Shown piece after piece: positions 44,516 through 55,806 of a DNA stretch of 64,000 nt. Within the stretch, counting starts at the first letter, position 1. Every line of letters starts with the position of its first letter. Under the pieces are notes generated by a model. That model had not been told where the DNA came from and made no database searches. It worked only from the letters and a program-made list of their open reading frames with translations. Position numbers and translations under genes: made by a program. Source of the stretch: Macrostomum lignano (taxonomy: Eukaryota); NCBI GenBank assembly GCA_002269645.1, contig NIVC01001208.1, positions 124,001 through 188,000 on the forward strand. The letters are read 5' to 3'.

Positions 44516-44920
44516 TATTGTCTGTCACTCCATTCTGCCACTCTCTATTCAATCACTTTCCCCTTATTTTGCTATCTTCTCTTTCATCAGCCTCCCATAT
44601 CTCCCATTTCCAATTCCCTATGCAGTTCTATTATCCTCATGCACTCCTGCCTTCACTCCTCATCCCCTCACCCACTCTCCCAGCCTCCCAACCATAGTAT
44701 TGTCAGTCAAGCCCTTTGTTATCCTTACCCATACGCAAAGCCGGTCTAAGCCAGTCGCTGCCTCAGGACATGGATGCTTAAGGCTGCGCACTCAGCGCTC
44801 CCCACTATTCTAGCTCAGACAGGGGGGGGGTTAAAATCTGAGACTACGAGACTATCAGCTTCGGCCTTGGCTCTGTTATGCGTAGTTTTTGATACGTTAA
44901 TAAATTATTAATTGCTGGCC

Positions 44921-44958
<38 letters not shown>

Positions 44959-45199
44959 GGTTATTTCTGTCTCCTATTCTTACACCGTTGAGAGTACTGA
45001 GCTCCTACAGAAGTATATGGCTTGACTCTGGCATGCGCGAATAGCGTAAAACTGTAGAGAATTGTATATTACTTTTAATTGATTGTAAAATTCACTAGAA
45101 TGTGTTAAATGCCGTTACTTAAAATGATAAATGATTTTCTTAAAGAACAATTGATTTATAAACAATCAAAAGACAATGGAAAGTTAAGAGAATGAAGAA

Positions 45200-45490
45200 T
45201 TTAGGAAAATTTAGGGAATGAGGTATTTATAGAATTTATGGAGTAGGAAATTTAGAGGATGGAGATTTAGGGGATGGGGAATTTAGGGAATAGGGGATTT
45301 AGGGGATGGAATTTAGGGGATGGGAATTAGGGGATGGGGATTTATGGGGATGGGGAATTTAAAGGATGGGGATTTAGGGGATGGGGATTTAGGGGATGGG
45401 AATTTAGGGAATAGGCGATTTAGGGATAGTGGAATTTAAGGTAGGGAAAATTTACATGTAAGGATTGGGGAATTCAGGGATTGGGGAATT
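45200..45490 (+). repeat. Degenerate G-rich repeat (ggggatttaggggat)
   Basis: Several TTAGGG-containing units with G-runs. Confidence 0.8.
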
Positions 45491-46339
45491 TCAGCAGAAC
45501 AAATTGAGAGACAGTAGCAATCATTGACTGGGGCAGGCATCCACTTTAACTAAGAACTTCGGTGGCAAAATTACGAGCTTAACGTCAACTGCTCTGTCTC
45601 ATCAGCTGGGCAGTGAATGAGGTGTACAAACTTAAGTCTTGGGAGCTGGCAGGTTGGGCTGGATTTACGGAATCGATAGCACAACTCTGCAGAGCTCTAG
45701 CTCATTACTCGGACGCGCTCAGCTAGAGAATATGTGAGTTTGCAGCCACAGCTCGTACAGCCCGTGTCACTCAATATTCATAGACTCGCTCTGGCCTCCT
45801 TCCTCGTGTCGCGCTAAAAGTAAGATCGATCTGAACTCATCCTTCTCTGGCGTGTGTCCGATGCCTTCGATTTGGCAAAGCTTGCACCCACTCTCAAACT
45901 TGGAAAGGTTTTCGTACGCGAAGCTATTGTAGATATTCATCATAACGATTACTCTCTTTTTTCACAGTTTTTATTGAGTCTACTGAATTAGCCTACTGAA
46001 AGTAGCATGCAGAGAAAGTTTCTTAAAAAATTGGAGAGTTTAGTGAGATCTGATCGTCTTTGAAAACACGGATAGCTGCGTTTTCTGCAAGTTTTCTTTA
46101 TCAGTTCAAATTACTGCACGAATTTGAAGACACTTAAAAGAACAAAAATTGCGAATAATTAGCTCGCATCATGCAGAAATTACTGCGGTTATTAAAAGTT
46201 TTTTTAGCAACAAAAAAATAAACACAGTTGAGTCATTAAAACAAATTGGTCTACGAAGGTTTTTGAACGACAACACTCTTAATAGATCAGAAAATAAGGC
46301 TGTGGAAAAGTCACCATCTTCAAATAGTGGGAAAAGGGG

Positions 46340-46705
46340 GTTATGGATGACGTCACTCTCTAAAATTGGAGGATCGGTGGTTTATGGATGACGTCACTCT
46401 CTAAAATTAGAGGATACGTGGTTTATGGATGACGTCACTCTCTAAAATGGGGGTGGTTAATGGATGACGTCACTCTCTAAAATTGGAGGATCGGTGGTTT
46501 ATGGAGTCTACTCATAAACCACCGATATGGAATCTACCCATAAACTACCCATAAACCACCGATCTACCCATAAACCAAATTATGGATGACGTCACTCTCT
46601 AAAATGGGGGTGGTTTATGGATGACGTCACTCTAAAATTGGAGGATCGGTGGTTTATGGATGACGTCGCTCTCTAAAATTGGGGGTGGTCTATGGATGAC
46701 GTCAC
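46340..46705 (+). repeat. 36-41 bp tandem repeat carrying TGACGTCA, interrupted by an inverted segment
   Basis: Unit ggtggtttatggatgacgtcactctctaaaatt(ggaggatc/gg). Confidence 0.9.
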
Positions 46706-46830
46706 TTTGTATAAACTGAAAACAGCGTTGCGAATGATTTCACTCTTGCCTAGTTAGAGAAAGAGGTTAGAGATTACGTCAAAATCTCTATAAATTTGCG
46801 GAGGGCAATTGCAGATGACGTCACAGTCTC

Positions 46831-48030
46831 TCAAATGCTCATGGCGCTGCCCCAGACGGCGCTGCAGCCAGCTACGCAGTACACAAACCAGATGAGCACA
46901 AGTCCCAATCCGCAGGCTAGTAGTGGCCAGAGGATGCAGTGAAACACCTGACCTTGACTGAACTCTCTGCCTCTCAATGCCGAATATTCTTCCCAGCCGT
47001 TAATTGACTCCTTGCGAACGTAGCACTGGAAGCCATTGCCGTCGCTGTACATTGTGGCGTTGAGATTCGCGATCTGGCGGGCATTGAGCAGCTTGTCCTT
47101 GTAGCAGATTCTGGATACGCACTGGAAAAAAGAAAAAAGGAAGTGAAAAAAAAGCTATTAAAGCGCGCTAATTTAGACGGTATTCGCGACAGCACTCGCT
47201 GTTCTCGTTAAAATATCCAATAAATTGATTATATAATAAATAGTATAATTTATAATTTTTAATATATAATATAATATAATATTTAAAAAAACAAGCATGA
47301 TAGTAAAGATAAAAAAGTATTTTCCTAATGAAACTTAAATTCTTTGAAAAAATGATCGGAAAGGCAATATTTTCTATCTTGAAATTTATGCTCTTAAAAT
47401 TACCTAAATGAAAGGCAACGATAATTTTATTAAAATGAGTTAAAAAGTATAAAGCGTCGTACAGTTTTTGTTGTCTTATCATTAGGCTATGTATTATTAT
47501 TACTATTATTATTAGCACAATTGCTGGGTTCAATTCTAGAAACACTTTTCCAGGAAAACTTTTGAACAAAAAAAGTAGCATTAAAACAAAGTATTTAATC
47601 AAAACAAAAAACGTGTTCAAACCTTAGCTGGCAGGGTAGCCTCTGCATAGTAGGTATACATGAGATAGATTGTGGCAACACCAGCATCAGCGAATCCGCT
47701 CGAAGTTCCATTGAAGGTGACTCGAACTGTCAAACACGGAAAACTCGATGGGTCTCTGGAGAACACGTCCTGACAGAACTGATCTCCGGTGTAATAACTC
47801 GATTGGAATTTGCACACTGCAGCCTTGAATTTGTGCTCATTTAAATAGGGCCCAATGATGATGCCCAGGCAGATCATTTCAACTACGAAGCCGAGAGTGA
47901 ACAGGGTGCCACCGAGTAGGTACAGCCACCTGCCGGCGCCCAGAACGATGCAGAACCGATCGCACCGACCGCCCTCTGCTGCTCCTCCAGTTGAACGCCG
48001 ATTTCCTGTCGAGCTTCGATTCTTTGCCAT
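46831..48030 (-). CDS. BK-channel beta-subunit-like protein (KCNMB/CaKB family), paralogue A, about 232 aa
   Basis: Exons 48030-47623 and 47121-46831 (phase 0, GT-AG). TM1, then IIGPYLNEHKFKAAVCKF...FCQ...SSFPCLTVRV, CVSRIC, FQCYVR, FHCILWPLLACGLGLVLIW (TM2). Cys pattern and HxxxWP match vertebrate KCNMB. Confidence 0.8.
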
Positions 48031-48169
48031 GGTTTTAGCCTAGTTTATGGCTCGATTACTCTTGGGAGAGATCGGCTACTGAAAGTATAAGTACAGGCTT
48101 GCTACTATATAAATTTGTTACTTCGGTAAAAAAAGTCACCGTAACAGGTTCAGACCCTCCTGTTAAATC

Positions 48170-48395
48170 GTGAACCTATGGTTCTACCCCTCTGTCGAGT
48201 CGTGAACTTGGGGGTTCTACCCCTCCTGTCGAGTCGTGAACTTGGGGGTTCTACCCCTCGTGTCGAGTTGTGAACTTGGGGGTTCCACCCCTCCTGTCGA
48301 GTCGTGAACTTGGGGGTTCCACCCCTCCTGTCGAGTCGTGAACTTGGGGGTTCCACCCCTCCTGTCGAGTCGTGAACTTGGGGGTTCCAGCCCTC
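48170..48395 (+). repeat. 34-bp minisatellite upstream of paralogue A
   Basis: Unit gtcgagtcgtgaacttgggggttccacccctcct, about 6-7 copies, with an internal GGGG/CCCC stem. Confidence 0.9.
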
Positions 48396-49250
48396 CCATT
48401 GGGCTAGTTCCTACAGCTCCAGTTGAGCCGTGATCCTGAGTTCCGACCTGTCATCGAATCGTATAGAGGGTTCCCAGTCGTATGATCATGACGAGTTGGA
48501 ATATAGCTAACATGAAGGCAAGATATTAGAATCGATCATTTAGCTTCACTTACCGTTTTGTCCTGCTCTCTAAATAGAATCCCGTGCTTTAATTGTTAAT
48601 CCATCTGAGTATGCAAAATCCGTTTTAAAAAAACGTAGCTACTCTTAGAGAATAAAATAACGTTCAAGGCAAAGGAGGCAGAGAGAGAGCCAGAGTTGAA
48701 CACGCGTTGGTTGGTACAGCCCTTGTTAAACCTACTCAAGCCTTATAAATCCGATAGCTAGACCACGGAGCCATGGCTGCACCCGTTTGCTCACAGAAAC
48801 GCTCTCTCTCTCTGTCCCTCTCTAAATCCCAATTGGGATCTTAGGGAGAAGGGAAAACACCGCACAAATAATGCATAGGCCTGAGGGGCATTTTTCTTAT
48901 TCTTATTTCTCTCTCTCTCTCTCTCTCTCTCCGTGAGTGCGGTTTGTTCGAGAGCTGTAATAGAGCTGGAATCAGCGGCATGCAATGGCCGGTCAGAAAT
49001 CTGACACCATAATACGAGTTGAAAATGCGTAGTTCTCTACATGTAACTCAGCTTTGTCCATGCAGAGCTGCATGCCCTGAGCCAAGTGTTGGAACTTGGA
49101 CATTTTTTTACTATCAAATTGGCACAGTTAAAGCAGCTATTGCAATTCATTTTCAACCCAAGTGGCAAAATGCCAAATCAAGTTGTAAATTGTTAATTCA
49201 GAGCTACCAAAAGGCCAAGTGAAGTGCAGCATTCATAGTCATTTCAAGTA

Positions 49251-50410
49251 CGAGGGGTGTCCGGAAAATTCGGACACTTGTAATCCCAGACCAAAAACAG
49301 TAGCAGTTGCAAGCACAACTTTGGTGTCATTTAAAAGCGGCACATCCTTTTCAATGAATTCAGTCGCGTGTATTTTGGTCATTTCTGTCAAAAGTTACGT
49401 GAGAAAAACCATAGCAATGCCATTAATCGATTATATCACTGCCACAAATCCACTAATCCATATGATCGATTATGGATTATCGATCGATTATTGATCACCG
49501 ATTATGGATTATCGATCGATTATTGATCACCGATTATGGATTGTCGATCGATTATTGATCACCGACTATGGATTATCGATCGATTATTGATCACCGATTA
49601 TGGATTATCGATCGATTATTGATCACCGATTATGGATTATCGATCGATTATTGATCACCGATTATGGATTATCGATCGATTATTGATCACCGATTATGGA
49701 TTATCGATCGATTATTGATCACCGATTATGTATTATCGATCGATTATTGATCACCGATTATGGAGTATCGATCGATTATTGATCACCGATTATGGATTAT
49801 CGGTCGATTATTTATCACCGATTATGGATTATCGATCGATTATTGATCACCGATTATGGATTATCGATCGATTATTGATCACCGATTATGGATTATCGAT
49901 CGATTATTGATCACCGATTATGGATTATCGATCGATTATTGATCACCGATTATGGATTATCGATCGATTATTGATCACCGATTATGGATTATCGATCGAT
50001 TATTGATCACCGATTATGGATTATCGATCGATTATTGATCACCGATTATGGATTATCGATCGATTATTGATCACCGATTATGGATTATCGATCGATTATT
50101 GATCACCGATTATGGATTATCGATCGATTATTGATCACCGATTATGGATTATCGATCGATTATTGATCACCGACTATCTCTGATTATTGACACCATCGTG
50201 AGCGTGATGAACGACTAAAATTCATTTTTGAGGACATCGCTTTTTATATATTTTAAACTTTTACAAACATTTTCAGGCATACATTGCGATGGTTTTTTCA
50301 CGTAACTTTTGAAAGAAATGACCAAATTACACTCGACTGAATTCATGGGAAAAATATGTGCCGCTTTGCTCTGGGATTAAAAGTGTCAGAACTTTCCCCG
50401 ACACCCCTCG
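49251..50410. mobile_element. Non-autonomous mariner-type element with long imperfect TIRs and an internal 32-bp satellite
   Basis: TA|CGAGGGGTGTC...GACACCCCTCG|TA. Inverted homology extends about 170 bp on the left (gcggcac, gaattcagtcg, tggtcatttct.tcaaaagttacgtga.aaaaaccat.gcaatg), mirrored at about 50280-50410. Confidence 0.85.
49460..50175 (+). repeat. 32-bp minisatellite (about 22 near-identical units) inside the mariner-type element
   Basis: Unit attatggattatcgatcgattattgatcaccg with the palindrome ATCGATCGAT. Confidence 0.95.
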
Positions 50411-50858
50411 TATAGAAGACTCACTCTTTTCTGTGCAGTTTCTCTTGTGCCCAGCTGCTCCGCCAAGTGCAAGTTGGTTCGGCCTTTTGTATCCATGGTC
50501 GCTATTGCGCAACAGTTGCGCAACAGAAGCGCTCTGATTGGCTAATCTGCAGATCAACTGAATTTTATGCACTTTTGAGTTGGCTATTGTGCTACTTGAC
50601 AGGAAAAAAAACAGACGACGCAATCTACGCCACGCCCGCGTTGCTCATCTTAACTGTGGGTGGGGACAATTCGCGTCACAAAGTCCTAGTTTAGTCTGGT
50701 GAGGAGAGAGCAGCTGAAAGTTATGAGTAGGGTTGGATTAAAGCTGCCACCTGTTGAAATGTATTATGACGATGACATGCAAATATCATTGAAAAGCTAC
50801 CCTGTAACCATTTCAGGTTTTGCTCTGCACCCCATTGACTAAAACAGCGCTAACGGAC

Positions 50859-52307
50859 ATGGCTCTTCGCCGCTGTCACCGCCTCTGCAATGTGATGGGC
50901 ATAGCCAAATACGTTTTTCTTACCTGTGTATCACTAATCACCTGCGGAGTCATAGTTGGCGGTATCCTAGCTTATTTAATCATTCTGCCGTACTACCGAG
51001 AGGCGCGATTCGAGCAGACCAGCTGCGTGTACCTTGGCGAAGAGATGAAGCGTATTATTGACTGCGAAAGCAAGTGCGCCAAGGATAGAAGCAGCTATCC
51101 CTGCTACATGGTCAGGGTCAACATCTCGGGCGTGCCTGAGCAAGGTGTACTGTTTGAAAATTTTCTCACTTATCTGGAGCAAGATAAGGTAACTTTGTTG
51201 AAGAAACTGCACTGTTCAGTTTCTGTTCCTGAAATTGTGAAACATCTAATCTTTGAAAAAATGATATATTCATCAGAGTTGCCTAACGTGTAGGATCCTC
51301 TTTTGTTTCTGTATGAACCTTATTTAAAATTAAACAAGTCTCCGACGAAAAATAAAATACAGGCTAGGTCAGAGAAAAACCTTAAAATCTCTGACCCCCT
51401 GTGTAGTGCGTACACTCACGAATGTACATCTATTTAACGCCAAAGCAAAGCCAATTAACCACCCCCCGGAAATCACTGACGCAGTGACGCTCCATTCTGG
51501 GCCAGACCTGAAAACAATTCTTACCCCCCCTCCCTGCTGCGCCTCCGCCCCCCCCCAATTGAAGAAATGTTTAATGTACATCTAAATATGGGTGGAGAGA
51601 AACCCACTAACTCTCGGACCGCATGTGTACACTCACGAATGTACATCTAGTCAACGCGATAGAAGTCACTGGCGCTCCAATCTGGGCCAGGCCTGAAAAC
51701 AATTCTTACCCCCTGCTGCGCCTCCGCCCCCCCCCCCCACGAAAGTCACTGGCGCTCCAATCTGGGCCAGGCCTGAAAACAATTCTTACCCCCTGCTGCG
51801 CCCCGCCCTCAAATTGAACAAATGTTTAATGTACATTTAAATATAGGCGGAGAGATCCCAACTTTCTGACGGCATGTGTACACTAACGAATGTACATTTA
51901 GAAAAGGGGCAAAAGGCGAAACCAAACCAATTACCCCTGCAAACTCTAACCCCCTACGTACACTCGTTCTAGTCTAAAACAATTATAACCCGGCTGCGCC
52001 TCCACCACCCTTCCAGACAAACTGCAGCTCGGCGCCCTGCCTACCCGAGGCGGTAGAAAACGTGGAAATGACCCGGCGCTACATTAAAACCCTGCGACGT
52101 CGCCGCAATTTCACCTGCTACTTTCGCGGCCCAGACTCTCGCCAGAAGAACTCGGTACTGCTCACTAAGATCTACACAAAAGAGCAGGCTAAGCACTGCG
52201 CCATCTGGCCAGCATTTGCCGTCTCAATTGGCGCCATCGTGCTCATCGGAACTCACTACTGCGCTGGGTGCACCGTGTGGACTCAAGATAAAACTGTTAT
52301 TGCCTGA
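50859..52307 (+). CDS. BK-channel beta-subunit-like protein (KCNMB/CaKB family), paralogue B, about 206 aa
   Basis: Exons 50859-51188 and 52017-52307 (phase 0). IILPYYREARFEQTSCVY...DCESKC...SSYPCYMVRVN...CSSAPC...NFTCY...SVLLTKIY...HCAIWP aligns with KCNMB2 (SQYPCLQVYVN, CSYIPKC, FSCY, SVILTKLY, HSLFWP). Confidence 0.88.
51370..51900 (+). repeat. Degenerate about 220-250 bp direct repeats in the paralogue B intron
   Basis: gtacact(c/a)acgaatgtacat at about 51410, 51627 and 51878; gaaaacaattcttacccc at about 51510, 51695 and 51776. Confidence 0.75.
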
Positions 52308-52624
52308 TCGATGCATAGCAGCTTGATCAGACTGATCGACACTCAATCAATGAACAAGAACAGAAAAAAACAGAAGCACTAGCTATGCATGATGCTGTTG
52401 TCATTTTCTCTATTTTCTCGAAAAATTATTTCATACATTTTACATTTTACAGCAAGAAAATTATCGGCTTAAAAGCGCACAAAAATTTGGTTTTCAATAA
52501 CGAAACGCACCGTCATACTTACATTGATTTAAAGCCTTCTTCTAAGATATTAAATCAATTTGCTTAAATTCTGATAAAATAGCCAAAACATGATCTCTGT
52601 TCCTGACAGTAGTATTATGAGAAT

Positions 52625-55075
52625 TTGACGATCAGACCGACGCTCGATGCCACCTCGACCAGCCTGTCTATCTGGCGCTGGGCGCCTTCAACGGACGAGG
52701 ACAGGAGGGCGAGGTCGTCGGCTGAGCCAAGCACGCTCAGGCGCTTTTCGCCATGGCGGCGACCGATGCGTCTGCGCAGCAGGAAGCCGTCATTAGCCGA
52801 GGGGAGTGCGGTCCGAAGCACCCAGTCCAGCAGCAGCACGAAGAGGAACGGCGCTAGCGTGTCACCCTGCAGAACTCCTGATGAAGTATCGAACAGGTCA
52901 GACCGGCCGTCCGCCGTCACCACAGCAGCTCGAGTATTGCAATACAGCGCCATGACAGCGTCGACTAGCTGCTGGGGTACCCGGTAGGCTCGAAGGACAA
53001 AGGGAAGTGCGGCTCTCAACACCGAGTCAAACGCCTTTCGAAAGTCAACGAAGACAATGATCAGCGTAGACTGGTGGATGCGCGCCTCCTCGATGACACG
53101 GCGGAGTGCGAGGATTTGTGTCACTGTGGCCGGAATCCGTTCTGCTCGTACCGCAGGTACGGGTCCAACACCGACTGCAGACGATCAAGCAGCAGCCGGT
53201 TGAAGAGCTTCGCGGTGCAGGACATCAGCGAAATCCCGCGGTGGTCTTCCTTCCGCGTTGTCCCTGCCTTTTTCGGGATCGGCACGATGTGCGCGACGGT
53301 CCACTTGGTGGGCGCAGGAGCGCCGGCCAGCACGCAGTTCATGACGCCTGTGACCTGGGAGGCCACACAGCGGAGCCGCAGCGCTTCAACCCGGGACTTC
53401 GTCGGGGCCCAGCGCCTTGCCACCTGATGTTTTCCGAGCGAACAGCACAACGTCCTCCGTGGTGACTGGTCTGTGCAGAAGTCCTCCTCAGCTGGGAGCG
53501 GCGTGTCCAGTGGGAGCGCAAAGCTGGCGGGCAGCGGCGACGCGGGCGCGTTCACGATGCCGGCGAAGAAGTCGCGCAATTCATTCCTGCGCTCCTCCGG
53601 GGTGTCGCCGGCCAGGTTCAGCGCCACGCGCTTTTTGCGCCCCGTCAGAGTCCGGACGGCTGTCCACACTGCGCGGCTCTTCACGTCGGGGCCGGCTGCA
53701 GTGATGGACCGAATGGCGTCGTCGACAGCGGCCTGCTGCCGCTCGTCAAGAAGGCGCTCAAATGCGTCTTCAGCGTCGCCCGTGGGCCGCCGGTTTCTGC
53801 GGAGTCGCTCGATGTTGAGCCGCGCCGGCGGCCTGCCTGATGGTCGGGTCGCTCTGCCAGACAGGCAGCGATTTCTGGGCTGGGCGCATCAGCGGGACCG
53901 TCTGCTCTGCAGCGGCTCTAACGGCGGTGCTGATGTTGGAATACTCCACCTCGCGCTGGTATCCAAGCGCGCCGACAAAGGCACCCGCGAATTGATGCTT
54001 CACGCGGGTGTCCAACAGTGCGCGATAGTAGCGCCGTGGCCGCTGCTTTGGCGGTCGGTAGAGCTGGTCGCGGAGCCGCAAGTCGCAGATCAGGAGTCAG
54101 TGGTCTGACCGGAGAGCCAGCGGAGCCATGGTGTCGCAGTTGGTGACGCGGCGGCGCTCGCGAGTGCGAACCAGCGCATGATCGAGTTGCGCCAGTCTCC
54201 TCGTGGCATTCCGCCCGCGTGCGTTCCGCCGCCTTCTCTTGCAGCCCGCAAAGGTGACCAGGCGGGCAGGGGGCTTGCGGAACTGGGTGTTCGTGGACAC
54301 CAGATCCAGCCGGTCAAGCAGGTCCTCCAGCACATCGGTATTGGCGTCCTCCAGCGCAACACGCACAGGTGCACAGGTGCTGACTGTGCCGGCCGACATC
54401 CCAGCGGACCTGACGTGCCGCGGCGCAGACTGGCAGACGACCAAGCTCGCACGCTGCCAGCGGTTCACCTACCTCTGCGGTCTGGTGCCTCACGTGGAAG
54501 AGGACCTCCGGCGGCGCAGGGGACTTGCCTGGGCGGCCTTTCGTTCGATCCGAGCCGTCCTCCAGTCTGAAGCGCTGCCCGACCGCCAGAGGGCTCGGCT
54601 GTGGCAGGCGGTGGTCGAAACGTCCTTCTCTACAACGCCGAGACGTGGACGCTGACGGCTACCCTAGAGCGGCAGCTGAACTCGGCGCATTCAGGGCTGC
54701 TCCGTACGGCCTTTCGAGCTGACGAGAGCGTCGGGACCGAGGCTCTGTACGATCGGGCCAAGCTGCAGCGCCCGTCCACCATCCTGCGCCGGTGGCGACT
54801 TCAACTGGCGGGCCACGTGATCCGGGCCGAGGGCTACTGCCCCCAACCTGTTCAGGACGTCCTGCTGCTCACCTTGCAGGGTCCGTTCAGGCGGGTCAGG
54901 CCCGAACCCGTCGATACGTGGACTGCCTGCTGTGCGACCCTGGGGCATCCGACACTGCCAACGGAGCGGCCGACTTCGTTCGCTCCCAGGCTCTGCGGCG
55001 CGCCATCTGACGCGCCCTGCCCTAACTGTGACTTTGCATGCGGGGTTGCGTATTTTGTTGTTGTTGTTGTTTTTG
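52625..55075. mobile_element. Decayed RTE-like LINE with 5' inversion: 52625-54356 on -, 54357-55075 on +
   Basis: The - segment encodes the EN C-half (QLDHAL, SDH) and RT (QNGFR, DFRKAFDS, QGDTLAPFLF, SADD replacing YADD) with frameshifts. The + segment continues NT..QVLTVPADI to the C-terminus and a (TTG)n tail. Confidence 0.9.
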
Positions 55076-55806
55076 AGCAATTATTGCAATAATCAACCTT
55101 TTTATAACAAAACGAGAGAAGCATGTAGGCAAATAACTGAGAGTGTATTTTACACAAAAATAAATTAAAGTGTCTTGACAGCATTAAATTCCATAATAAA
55201 CCAATATGAATAGAGTGCAAAGGGCTGAAAATGATCTGAAAATGTTGAGACGCGTAGCTGCCTGAGCAGCCAATTAATATAAATTACCAGTTTTAATTTT
55301 ACTAAAGAATCCGAGCATTCATTTCAAGACAATGCCAATCATATTCAACAATATTTCTACTCTTGTCTATGGTCAAAACAGTCTATGGCACAGGCACGAC
55401 ACAGCATTGAATTTAAGACACAGAGCAGTCAAATTCAGACAAGTGCCGCCAATGGAGCTGGAGAGTCCTCCAGACGGATACCATCTACAGAATTGGAGTT
55501 CCCATGGTGCTGCAGAGAATCGCGGAGTCAGGCGTGGATGTCATCCCGGTTGTCAAGAGTGCACCCCGGTTTGCTCACGCACTGCGCTTCCTGACCAGCT
55601 GCTTGGCCCATGAAAATATCTGATTGAGCACACATATGTGGCCTGACAGTTTAGTCACAGTCGCTATAAAATATGTGCATCACAAAATGCCAATTCACTT
55701 TATCACTTGTTCGACTTCTGCGTCACAAATTACGCATTTTTGTCTAAAGGCTCCGAGTTTTAATGTCTGAACCATACATCTTATATACATATGATCTATG
55801 GTCTGA

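Noticed and set aside
45200-45490. Interstitial telomere
   Set aside because: TTAGGG occurs only within a degenerate longer G-rich unit, not as tandem hexamers.
30495-50175. CRISPR-like arrays (32-34 bp units with palindromes at 30495, 48170, 49460)
   Set aside because: Units are contiguous with no unique spacers, no cas genes are present, and the context is eukaryotic.
55400-55625. GC-rich coding-like frame (IYRIGVPMVLQRIAESGVDVIPVVKSAPRFAHALRFL)
   Set aside because: No recognisable family, no partner exons and no clear start; cannot be supported without a search.
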